From contig JBFWOK010000007.1 of NCBI GenBank assembly GCA_050250555.1, positions 6,807 through 70,806 of the forward strand: a stretch of 64,000 nt of DNA. The letters run 5' to 3'. This document shows positions 36,466 to 45,258 of this stretch, piece by piece. This stretch comes from Limisphaerales bacterium (GTDB taxonomy: Bacteria; Verrucomicrobiota; Verrucomicrobiia; Limisphaerales; CAIMTB01). Each line of letters opens with the position of its first letter. The first letter of the stretch is position 1. The notes under the pieces are model-generated. The model worked only from the letters and a program-made list of their open reading frames with translations, did not search any database and was not told where the DNA came from. The position numbers and the translations under genes were made by a program.

Positions 36466-39400
36466 ATGAAAACCTGGCTGACTCTTCTCTGTACCGGACT
36501 TCTCTCACTGACCGCGTTCGGCCAGGGGACCATCCTGTTCTCGACCCGGATCACCCCGCTCGTCGATGCCAGGATCTACGATGTCGATGGTACGACGCCG
36601 CTCTCGGGAACCGCGTTTAAGGCGCAAATCTACGCGGGCTCCACCGCGAACAACCTGACCCCCGCGGGCGATCCCCTTCCCTTCCGTTCCGACGCCGGCG
36701 CCGGTTATGTCGATTCGCGGACCGATCCGTCCGGAGGCGTCCGCATCGTCCCGGGAATCGCTCCGCTTCGAACCGCGTACGTCCAGGTTCGCGCTTGGGA
36801 CGCCACAAAGGGCGCCACCTACGAGGCCGCCCAGGCCGCCGGAGCGCGCCACGGCCAAAGTGGCACCATCACCATCGTCCTTGGCGGTGATCTCGTCGTC
36901 CCCGCGAGCCTGATCGGCCTTCAAGGCTTCCGTCTCCAGGTCACAAGCCCGCCCTCGATTCTCCAACACCCGCGAAACGTCACCACCGGGCTCGGAGGCA
37001 CCGTCCAGTTCGAGGTCACGACCGGCGGTTCCTCCCCGTTCACCTACCACTGGCGACGGAACAACGTCGACATCCAGGGCGCCCAGTCCCGCGTCCTCAC
37101 GATCGCCGGTGTCACCGCGAACCATGCCGGAAACTACTCGGTCCGCGTGTCCAACGCCTTCGGATCGGTCGAAAGCGCCTCGGCCTCCCTCGTCATCGCG
37201 CCGCTCCCCGTCATCACCGACACGTTCATCAATCCCCAGTCGCCCCTTCGCGGCCGGCCCCTGCGACTCGAGGTCGTCGTCCAGGGCGATGGTCCCATCA
37301 CCTATCAATGGCGCCTCAACGGGATCAATCTGCCCGGGGCCAACCAGTCATATTACGACAGCACGGCCGCCAGTCCTGGGACGTACTCCGTGCTCGTCAC
37401 CGGCCCGGGCGGTTCCATTCATCCGGATATCGCCACGGTTCCCTCCGGTTACTCCCTTTCCCTCGTCCCCCTCGGCGGCGGAACCATTTCCCCCAACCCC
37501 GCCGGAACCTCCCACACCGCGGGCACCGTCGTCACCCTCACGGCCGTCGCCGACCATGGATACCGTTTCAGCGCCTGGAATGGGGCGCTCTCGGGAAACG
37601 CCAATCCCGCGACGATCGTGATGAACGATCACAAGAGCGTCGAAGCCGTCTTCGTCCCCGTTGGCGGAACAGTCCTCTTTTCCAACCGCAATCTGGGCCA
37701 GGGCCTCGACGCCCGCGTCTTCGACACCGACGGTGTCACACCCCTTTCGGGTCCAAACTTCGTCGCCCAACTTTACGCCGGTCCCACCGCCGAGACCCTC
37801 GAACCCGTGGGTCCCACGGTTCCCTTCCTCACCGACGCCGGCGCGGGATATTTCCGCGGCGAGGATCGTTCCATCGCGTCCGTGGCGCCGGGACAGACGG
37901 CCTTCGTCCAGATCCGGGCCTGGAGTCTGCTCGCCGGTCCCACCTACGAAGCCGCCCGCCTCGCCAACGGCAAACACGGAGCCAACCCACCCATCCCGGT
38001 CGTCACCGGGAATGTCGGCAACCCTCCCACGTTCCCCACGCTCCCCACCGAATGGGCCTCGTTCCGCCTCCAGATCGGCTCCGCCCCCGTGCTGCTCACC
38101 CAGCCGAAATCCCTGAAAATCCCCCTCGGTTCCACCGCCCGCTTCGAAGTCCAAGCCTCCGGATCGGAACCCCTCGCGTATAAGTGGCGCAAAGGCGCTT
38201 CCGACATTCCAAACGCCACAGGTCGCATCCTCGAAATCCCCAACGCCTCGGCCGCCAACGACGGCTCTTACTCCGTCCGCGTCTCCAACAGCCAGGGGTT
38301 CGTGGACAGCGACCCCGCCACCCTCCTTGTCGTCGTGGCGCACACGCTGACCCTCGCGACGAACGGCCCCGGATCCATCGTCGCCACCCCGGAATCCTCC
38401 GAGGGTTTCGAAAGCCTCGTCTTCCTGCCCGACACCGAAGTCACGCTCCAGGCGATCCCCGAAGGCACCGCAACCTTCGTCCGATGGGAAGGAACCCCCT
38501 CGCCCTCGGTCAATCCTGTCACCGTCCGGATGTCCGCGTCGCTGACGGTCACGGCTGTGTTCGAAGGCTCCGGCGACGGTGGCACCGTCGATTTCCGGAA
38601 CTTCGGCGGCGGCGTCGACGCCCCCATCTTCGACACCGACGGCACAACCCCGCTCGCCGGACCCGCCTTCCTCGCGCAACTGTACGCGGGCCCCTCCGAA
38701 TCGGACCTCGCTCCGGTGGGCGTCGCCGTCCCGTTCCGCACCGACCTCGGCGCGGGATACATCGACAACCGAGGCGGCTCCATCCGCGTCGTCCCAACGG
38801 TTCAGCCCGGCGGACGGGTGTTCCTTCAGATCCGCGCCTGGGACGCCTCGAAAGGCTGGTCCTTCGACGAAGCCGTCGAGAACGGCGGACGCTCCGGCGC
38901 CAGTACCGTGATCTCGGTGATCGCCGGCGGCGGCCTCGTCCCGCCCGCCCTTCCCATCGGGCTCGCATCGTTTCAACTCCGCCTCGCCACTCCGCCCTCC
39001 ATCGTCAAGCAGCCCGAAGCCGTGCTCGTCGGATTGGGCGGCAAAGCCCGATTCGAAGTCTCGGCCGCCGGATCCACCCCCCTGAGCTTCCAATGGCGCA
39101 AAGGCGCGTCCGACATTCCCGGCGCCACGGACGATTTCTTCGAAATCCCCTCCGTCGCGGCGTCCGATGCCGGCGAGTACTCGGTCCGCGTCTCGAATCC
39201 ACTCGGAGGCGTCGATTCCGAAACCGTGGCCCTCAGCATCGCTCCTCCTCCCACCATCACCCGGTTCGTCGCCACTCCGGATCCGGCGCTTGTCGGTACC
39301 CCGCTCCGGATCGAGGCCACCGTGGAGGGCCCGGGACCTTTCACCTACCAGTGGCGCTTCAACCAGGCGGACCTTCCGGGAGCCCGCGATTCGGTTCTGG

Positions 39401-42400
39401 AGATCGCCGCCGCCCAAGCCGGCACCTACAGCCTCCGGGTCTCCGGCGTCGGTGGTTCCACCACCCGTGACGCCATCACCGTCTCGACCGAATACCACCT
39501 CACGATCTCGGTGCTCCGGGGCGGCTCCGTGACCGCCGATCCCGCCCGTGAAACGTACACTCCCGGCACCACGGTGACACTGACCGCGATTCCCGAACCC
39601 GGTTACGATTTCGGCGGCTGGTCCGGCGATATCGACGGCTCCGCCAACCCCACCTCGATCGTCCTCAATGGCCACCGTCAGGTCGAAGCCCTCTTCTTCC
39701 CCACCCACGGCACCGTCTATTTCGTGAATCGCAACCTCGGCCTGGACCTCGACGCGCCCGTCTACGACGAAGGCGGGGACGAACTCGCTTCCGGACCCGG
39801 CTTCGTCGCGCAACTCTACGCCGGACCCACGGCTGACTCCCTCGCACCCGTCGGACGCCCCATCCCACTCCTGGAAGCCGAAGGCGCCGGCTACTTCCGT
39901 GGCGAAGACCGATCCATCCCCACCGTTCCGCCTGGCGGCATCGCCCACGTCCAGGTCCGCGCCTGGGAACTTTCAGCCGGGGAAACCTACGAGGCCGCCG
40001 CCGCCGCGCTCGGCAAGCACGGGAGCAGCCCCACCCTCGTCGTCGTCACCGGCAATCTCGGCAACCCTCCGACCGTCCCGTCGTTCCTCCTCGGTCTCGC
40101 TCCCTTCGAACTCCGACGCGGCATCGCCCCACGCATCGTGACAGGTCCTGCGGCCCTCACCGTCGTCGACGGCGAACCGGCCACGTTCACGGTCGAAGCC
40201 ACGGGCAGCCCGGCGCCGTCCTACCAGTGGCAACGCCACGGGACCAATCTCCCCGGAGCCACGCTCCCCAGCCTCACCTTCGAGGCGGTCACCCCCGCGG
40301 ACGCCGGCCCATACTCGGTCGTCATCTCCAACATCCTCGGCGTCGTCTCCTCGGACTCCGCCCTCCTCACCGTGCTGGTCCCGCCGACGATCCAGGTCCT
40401 GACTCCAAACCCTGTCGTCCTTGCCGGGAATCCCGCCGAACTCGCCGTCGCCGCCACGGGCTCCGAACCCCTCGCCTATCAGTGGTATCTCGGCGCCTCC
40501 GGGGACATCACCGTTCCCCTCGGATCCTCGTCCCCCACCTTCACGTCCGAGCCCCTCACCGCCGCCGCCAGTTTCTGGGTGCGCGTCAGCAACGCGGCGG
40601 GTTCCACCAACAGCCCCACCCTCCCCGTCACGGTCCAACGCCGCACCCAATCCATCGAGTTCATCGTCGAGTCGCCCCGGACATTCGGTGATCCGCCCGT
40701 CGTCCTCGTCGCATCGGCCACGAGCGGCCTCCCCGTCGTGTTCGAACTCCTCCAAGGCCCCGGCTCCCTGACGGCCGATCTCCTCACCCTCAACGCCGCC
40801 GGCACCATCGTGGTCCGCGCTTCCCAGCCCGGCAACGCCATTCACCTCCCGGCTCCGCCCGTCGAGAAATCGATCCTGGTCCAGAAGGCCTCGGCCGTCG
40901 TCAGCCTTTCCAGGCTCGATCAGACGTTCGACGGCCTCCCCAAAACCCCTACGGTCGGTGTCAGCCCTCCGGGCCTCATCCACAACGTCACGTTCGACGG
41001 TTCAACGGCCGCCCCTTCGGCCGTCGGCGAATACACCGTGGTGGCGACCGTCGACGACCCGAATTATGCCGGCTCCGCCCGCGGCACCCTCCGGATCATC
41101 GCCGACGTGAACCTCGCGGGGGTGGTCTTCGACGACAGCAACGGCAGCGGCACGCGGGACGCCGGCGAAACCGGCCTCGAAGGAGTCCAGGTCCGCCTGC
41201 TCGCCCTCGACGGACAAACGGAGCTTCGCTCAACCACCACCGACTCCAACGGCGCCTACCGCTTCACCGGAGTCGCCACCGCCAGCTATTACGTCGCCGA
41301 GAACAATCCCGCCGGCTACATCAGTACGACGCCCGACCTCCGACTCGTCGCCCTCAGCCCGGGGACCATCAGCCAGGTTCACTTCGGCGATCAGGCCGTC
41401 GCCACGCTCGCCGGAGTGGTCTTTGAGGACTCCGACGCCGACGGCATCCGGGATGATGGCGAACGCGGCCTCGCCGATGTCACCATCCGCCTGGCGGGCC
41501 CCGATGGACAACGAACCCTGACGACCTCGGCCGACGGCTCCTTCCAATTCCTCAACCTCAGCCCCGGTCCGCACACCGTCGAGGAGATCGATCCCCCCGG
41601 ATTCTTCAGCACGACCCCGAACCTCCGGAACGTCAGCGTTTCCGCAGGGGGGGCCGGGTCGGCGAGCTTCGGTGACCAGGCCGCCGGGTTCGTGAGCGGC
41701 CTCGTTTTCGAAGACCGAAACGGCAACGGATCACCCGATGCCGGCGAGAACGGAATTCCCAACGTCTCCATCCGACTTTCCGATGGAGCGACCCAGAGGA
41801 CCACGCGCACCGATGCGTCCGGGCTGTACCGGTTCGCGGACGTCCCGCCCGGCACCTACACCCTTTCGGAAATCGACCCGCTCGGCTTCACGAGCACGAC
41901 CCCCAACCTCCGCACGATCTCGTTCGGCAGCGGCGGCTCGTCGACCACCCATTTCGGCGATCAAGCCGAGGCGACCGTGGGAGGCGTCGTCTTCGAGGAC
42001 CTCGACGGCAATGGTCTGCAGGATCCCTCCGAGTCGGGCCTCGCCGGCGTCGTTCTTCGCCTCGTCGGCCCCGAAGGCGCCCGCAGCACCTCCACCGAAC
42101 CGGATGGGACCTACCTGTTCGCGGGCGTCCAGCCCGGCAGCTACACGGTCGAGGAAACCGACCCGGCCGGTTACACCAGCAGCACGCCCAATACCCGCGC
42201 GGTCAGCGTCGCGTCCGGCGGCTCCGCCCTGGCCCATTTCGGCGACCAGGTCCTCGCCTCCATCAGCGGCGTCGTCTTCGAGGACCTCAACGGGAACGGG
42301 TCGCTGGACGACGGCGAACCCGGCGTCGGCGGAGTCGATGTCTCCCTCGTCCGCGCCTCCGATCGCGCCAACGTCGGCGAGACCACCACCGCGTCCAACG

Positions 42401-44076
42401 GCTCCTTCCTCTTCGCCAACGTGCCGTCCGGCGCCTACGAAGTTCTCCAGCTCATCCCGTCCGGATACACGGTCCTCTCCCGGAACGTCATCCCGGCTTC
42501 GCCCGCGCGTCACGCGAACACCCCGACCGACACCGTCACCAAAAACGTCAGCCTCGCCGAAGGCGGCGCCGGCAGCGCCAGCTTCGGCATCAACGTCGTC
42601 CGAACCCTCAGCGGGATGGTCTTCAACGACCTCGACGGCGATGGCCAACCCAATCCCGGCGAACCCGGCCTCGGCGGAATCACCATCGAAGTCCGAAACA
42701 CCGACACCGACGCCCTCGTCGCATCCACTTCGACCGCCGGCGACGGCCTCTTCGTCGTCCCAGGCCTCGCGACGGGTTCGTACTCCGTCCATCACGCTCC
42801 CATCCCCGGGTTCGCGTCGCTCCATTCCCCCGCCGTGGCCACCGTCTCCGCAACCACCGCGGCCGCGGTCACGTTCCCAGTTCGGGCCACGGCGACCGCG
42901 TCCGGCCGCGTGTTCAACGACGAAAATGGCGACGGCGTCCGCGGCACGTCCGAACCCGGCATCGGCGGCGCCCGCTTGACCCTCCTTCGGTCCGGCGACA
43001 ATTCCCCACTCGAAACGCAGACCGCCAACGACGGAACCTTCCTGCTCACCGGACTCCCAACCGGCGAGTGGAGGATCGAGGTCGGCGGAATCCCCGGCTT
43101 CCAGAGCACCACTCCGGCCTCCGTCACGATCGACCTCGCCGCCGACACCTCCCTCCACGCCTCCTTCGGCGTCCAAAGCGAACAGCTGCGCAATCCGTCG
43201 ATCACGCTGGAGCCCGCCGATCTCGTCCTCTCCGAAGGCGGCGCCGGAACGCTCACCGCCTCGGCCCAGGGCGCTCCCCCACTCGAGTTCCAATGGCTCA
43301 AGGAGGGAACGCCGATCCCGGGCGCCACGACCGCCACGCTCAGCTTCGCCGCGGCGGGTCCCACCGACGAAGCCACGTACCAACTCCGCGTCCGCAACGC
43401 CTACGGAACGGTCCTGAGTCGGGCCGCAAGGGTCACCGTGACCGGCGCCACCACCGATCCCTATCTCGCCTGGGCTCTCGCCCGGAAGATCCCCGAAGCC
43501 GTCCGTCTCCCCGGCCAGGACGCCGATCTCGACGGCATCTTCAATCTGCTCGAATTCATCCTCGGCACCGATCCGCTGATCCCGACCCCCGAATCCCGGC
43601 CGGTCCCCGTCGTCGTCACCCGCAACGGCGCCGCGTTCCTCGGCTACGAGATCCGTACCCAGGTCGCGTCCGCGGCCCGGCTGATCCTCGAGTCGACGTC
43701 CGACTTCATCCAGTGGACCGAAATCGCCGCCCGCCGGGAGTCCGGTGGCACGGACGCCAACAGGGAACTGATCCGCGTCTTCGACACGGAACCGCTCACG
43801 TCAATGCCCCACCGCTTCGTGCGCCTCGGAGTCGCGCTTCAGACGCCCGACGCCGGTCCCGCGATCCTGCGGGTCACCCACGGGTCGCCCGTGACCCAGT
43901 CGTTCCGGATCACCCTCGAGGGCGACCCGGGCCGCACCTACGCCGTCGAAGGTTCGGACGATTTCAATCGCTGGACCCTCATCGCCGAGGTGGTCGCCAC
44001 CGGGGAACCCCTCGCCTTGACGGATGACACCCTCGCCGGGGCGCGCTATCGCTTCTACCGTGCCGTGCCCCGCTGA
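36466..44076 (+). CDS. giant secreted surface protein (2,536 aa) with Ig-like, InlB-B-repeat-like, MBG-like and SdrD-B-like domains plus an unassigned 150-aa module x4
   Basis: ATG at 36466 gives MKTWLTLLCTGLLSLTAFGQG. Eight Ig-like units have Y(Q/K/H)W(R/Q) and YSV(R/V)(V/I)SN motifs. Three units resemble HGYRFSAWNG/PGYDFGGWSG. Eight units resemble G-VFED-NGNG--D-GE-G--GV-V-L...DG-Y-F. The track start at 36412 is a TTG. Confidence 0.9.
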   Translation: MKTWLTLLCTGLLSLTAFGQGTILFSTRITPLVDARIYDVDGTTPLSGTAFKAQIYAGSTANNLTPAGDPLPFRSDAGAGYVDSRTDPSGGVRIVPGIAPLRTAYVQVRAWDATKGATYEAAQAAGARHGQSGTITIVLGGDLVVPASLIGLQGFRLQVTSPPSILQHPRNVTTGLGGTVQFEVTTGGSSPFTYHWRRNNVDIQGAQSRVLTIAGVTANHAGNYSVRVSNAFGSVESASASLVIAPLPVITDTFINPQSPLRGRPLRLEVVVQGDGPITYQWRLNGINLPGANQSYYDSTAASPGTYSVLVTGPGGSIHPDIATVPSGYSLSLVPLGGGTISPNPAGTSHTAGTVVTLTAVADHGYRFSAWNGALSGNANPATIVMNDHKSVEAVFVPVGGTVLFSNRNLGQGLDARVFDTDGVTPLSGPNFVAQLYAGPTAETLEPVGPTVPFLTDAGAGYFRGEDRSIASVAPGQTAFVQIRAWSLLAGPTYEAARLANGKHGANPPIPVVTGNVGNPPTFPTLPTEWASFRLQIGSAPVLLTQPKSLKIPLGSTARFEVQASGSEPLAYKWRKGASDIPNATGRILEIPNASAANDGSYSVRVSNSQGFVDSDPATLLVVVAHTLTLATNGPGSIVATPESSEGFESLVFLPDTEVTLQAIPEGTATFVRWEGTPSPSVNPVTVRMSASLTVTAVFEGSGDGGTVDFRNFGGGVDAPIFDTDGTTPLAGPAFLAQLYAGPSESDLAPVGVAVPFRTDLGAGYIDNRGGSIRVVPTVQPGGRVFLQIRAWDASKGWSFDEAVENGGRSGASTVISVIAGGGLVPPALPIGLASFQLRLATPPSIVKQPEAVLVGLGGKARFEVSAAGSTPLSFQWRKGASDIPGATDDFFEIPSVAASDAGEYSVRVSNPLGGVDSETVALSIAPPPTITRFVATPDPALVGTPLRIEATVEGPGPFTYQWRFNQADLPGARDSVLEIAAAQAGTYSLRVSGVGGSTTRDAITVSTEYHLTISVLRGGSVTADPARETYTPGTTVTLTAIPEPGYDFGGWSGDIDGSANPTSIVLNGHRQVEALFFPTHGTVYFVNRNLGLDLDAPVYDEGGDELASGPGFVAQLYAGPTADSLAPVGRPIPLLEAEGAGYFRGEDRSIPTVPPGGIAHVQVRAWELSAGETYEAAAAALGKHGSSPTLVVVTGNLGNPPTVPSFLLGLAPFELRRGIAPRIVTGPAALTVVDGEPATFTVEATGSPAPSYQWQRHGTNLPGATLPSLTFEAVTPADAGPYSVVISNILGVVSSDSALLTVLVPPTIQVLTPNPVVLAGNPAELAVAATGSEPLAYQWYLGASGDITVPLGSSSPTFTSEPLTAAASFWVRVSNAAGSTNSPTLPVTVQRRTQSIEFIVESPRTFGDPPVVLVASATSGLPVVFELLQGPGSLTADLLTLNAAGTIVVRASQPGNAIHLPAPPVEKSILVQKASAVVSLSRLDQTFDGLPKTPTVGVSPPGLIHNVTFDGSTAAPSAVGEYTVVATVDDPNYAGSARGTLRIIADVNLAGVVFDDSNGSGTRDAGETGLEGVQVRLLALDGQTELRSTTTDSNGAYRFTGVATASYYVAENNPAGYISTTPDLRLVALSPGTISQVHFGDQAVATLAGVVFEDSDADGIRDDGERGLADVTIRLAGPDGQRTLTTSADGSFQFLNLSPGPHTVEEIDPPGFFSTTPNLRNVSVSAGGAGSASFGDQAAGFVSGLVFEDRNGNGSPDAGENGIPNVSIRLSDGATQRTTRTDASGLYRFADVPPGTYTLSEIDPLGFTSTTPNLRTISFGSGGSSTTHFGDQAEATVGGVVFEDLDGNGLQDPSESGLAGVVLRLVGPEGARSTSTEPDGTYLFAGVQPGSYTVEETDPAGYTSSTPNTRAVSVASGGSALAHFGDQVLASISGVVFEDLNGNGSLDDGEPGVGGVDVSLVRASDRANVGETTTASNGSFLFANVPSGAYEVLQLIPSGYTVLSRNVIPASPARHANTPTDTVTKNVSLAEGGAGSASFGINVVRTLSGMVFNDLDGDGQPNPGEPGLGGITIEVRNTDTDALVASTSTAGDGLFVVPGLATGSYSVHHAPIPGFASLHSPAVATVSATTAAAVTFPVRATATASGRVFNDENGDGVRGTSEPGIGGARLTLLRSGDNSPLETQTANDGTFLLTGLPTGEWRIEVGGIPGFQSTTPASVTIDLAADTSLHASFGVQSEQLRNPSITLEPADLVLSEGGAGTLTASAQGAPPLEFQWLKEGTPIPGATTATLSFAAAGPTDEATYQLRVRNAYGTVLSRAARVTVTGATTDPYLAWALARKIPEAVRLPGQDADLDGIFNLLEFILGTDPLIPTPESRPVPVVVTRNGAAFLGYEIRTQVASAARLILESTSDFIQWTEIAARRESGGTDANRELIRVFDTEPLTSMPHRFVRLGVALQTPDAGPAILRVTHGSPVTQSFRITLEGDPGRTYAVEGSDDFNRWTLIAEVVATGEPLALTDDTLAGARYRFYRAVPR

Positions 44077-44515
44077 AAGTACCGATTCGGTCAAAGTACC
44101 GATCCAGATCCCGGGTCCCGTTCAGGCCCAAGCCCAAGCCCAAGCCCAAGCCGTCCGGATCGACAAGTGGCTCTGGTCGGTCCGGTTGTACAAGACCCGG
44201 TCGAACGCCGCGGAGGCCTGCCGGTGCGGCCACGTCCGCATCGACGGCCATCCCGTCAAAGCCTCCCGCGACGTGCGACCCGGTGACATCATCCAAGCCA
44301 AAACCGGACTGATCCAGCGGACGGTCCGCGTTCTGACGGCCCTCGAAAGCCGCGTCGGCGCCGCCAAGGTTCCCCTCCACATGGAGGACCTCACACCGCC
44401 CGAGGAACTCCAACGCCTGAAGGAGGCCTCCCTCCACCCCGCGTGGCGCCCACCCGGATCCGGCCGCCCCACCAAGAAGGAACGCCGCCTGCTCGACGAG
44501 TTCCTCGCCCCCTGA
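44024..44515 (+). CDS. hslR: ribosome-associated heat-shock protein Hsp15 (S4 RNA-binding domain)
   Basis: VRIDKWLWSVRLYKTRSNAAEACRCGHVRIDG and RPTKKERRLLDEF parallel E. coli Hsp15 VRLDKWLWAARFYKTR and RPDKKERRDLLRF. The start is uncertain: ATG 44024 or GTG 44060, and both overlap the giant gene's end. Confidence 0.75.
   Translation: MTPSPGRAIASTVPCPAESTDSVKVPIQIPGPVQAQAQAQAQAVRIDKWLWSVRLYKTRSNAAEACRCGHVRIDGHPVKASRDVRPGDIIQAKTGLIQRTVRVLTALESRVGAAKVPLHMEDLTPPEELQRLKEASLHPAWRPPGSGRPTKKERRLLDEFLAP
44126..44149 (+). repeat. hexanucleotide microsatellite (GCCCAA)4 inside the hslR 5' region
   Basis: Read directly; encodes QAQAQAQA just before the conserved S4 core. Confidence 0.9.
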
Positions 44516-44704
44516 CCCCCCTTCCCGCACGCTCCGCGACCAAGGATCCGTGAGTGGAAGTTTGGGCCGAAGCGGACCCGCAGGGGACCATCACGGAACA
44601 CGCCGAGCCGACGGAATCGAAAAAGGTCGGCGAACAGCGACAACTCGAGCCCATCGACCGGTGATTCCAACGCCGGCAGGTTCCGACCTGGCTTCCCCTT
44701 CTGA

Positions 44705-44740
44705 TCCGTGTGCTCCGCGTGCTCCGTGGTTGTGAATCAG
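44705..44740 (+). repeat. TCCGTG triple-9-mer repeat element (copy 1)
   Basis: tccgtgtgc tccgcgtgc tccgtggtt gtgaatcag; near-identical to 48489-48524. Confidence 0.9.
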
Positions 44741-44809
44741 TGGGCCGCGGCAATTCCGAATCCCAGACGACGACCGATCCCCCCGGGCTGCGCCCGCCCA
44801 CTCCACCCC

Positions 44810-44841
44810 TTGACACGACTGTCCCAGTGTACTATGACAGT
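44810..44841 (+). promoter_or_regulatory. putative sigma70-type promoter with embedded inverted repeat (candidate YtrA/GntR operator)
   Basis: -35 TTGACA (44810-44815), 17-nt spacer, -10 TATGAC (44833-44838). Inverted repeat ACTGTC (44818-44823) / GACAGT (36-41). ATG of the GntR gene is at 44853. Confidence 0.5.
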
Positions 44842-44852
44842 GCGCGTCACCC

Positions 44853-45254
44853 ATGCGGATCCAAATCCAATTCGACCTCGGACAGCCGGTCTACATGCAG
44901 ATCATGGACCAGGTCAAATCGGCGGCCGCTTCCGGCGCCTTGCAACCCGGCGATTCGCTCCCCGGGATCCGGCCGCTCGCGGAGGAGCTGCGCGTCAACC
45001 GCAACACCGTCGCCAAGGCGTACCTCGAACTGGAGCGCGAGGGCGTCGTGGAGACCCGGCCCGGCAAGGGCTGCTTCCTGCGCAACGGCCAAAGCCCGTT
45101 CCGCAAGGCCACCCGCACCGGAATGCTCCTCCCCCAGATCGACGCCGTCGTCGTCCAGGCCCACAACCTCCGGATCCCCGACGACGAGGTGATCCGCCTC
45201 CTCCGCGACCGACTCGCCCATTTCGGAGAATCCCGCGAAACCCAGAAGAGCTGA
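44853..45254 (+). CDS. GntR-family transcriptional regulator, YtrA-like short subfamily
   Basis: PVYMQIMDQVKSAAASGALQPGDSLPGIRPLAEELRVNRNTVAKAYLELEREGVVETRPGKGCFL is a GntR wHTH. Only ~60 aa follow, as in YtrA-type proteins. Confidence 0.85.
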   Translation: MRIQIQFDLGQPVYMQIMDQVKSAAASGALQPGDSLPGIRPLAEELRVNRNTVAKAYLELEREGVVETRPGKGCFLRNGQSPFRKATRTGMLLPQIDAVVVQAHNLRIPDDEVIRLLRDRLAHFGESRETQKS

Positions 45255-45258
45255 CGCC

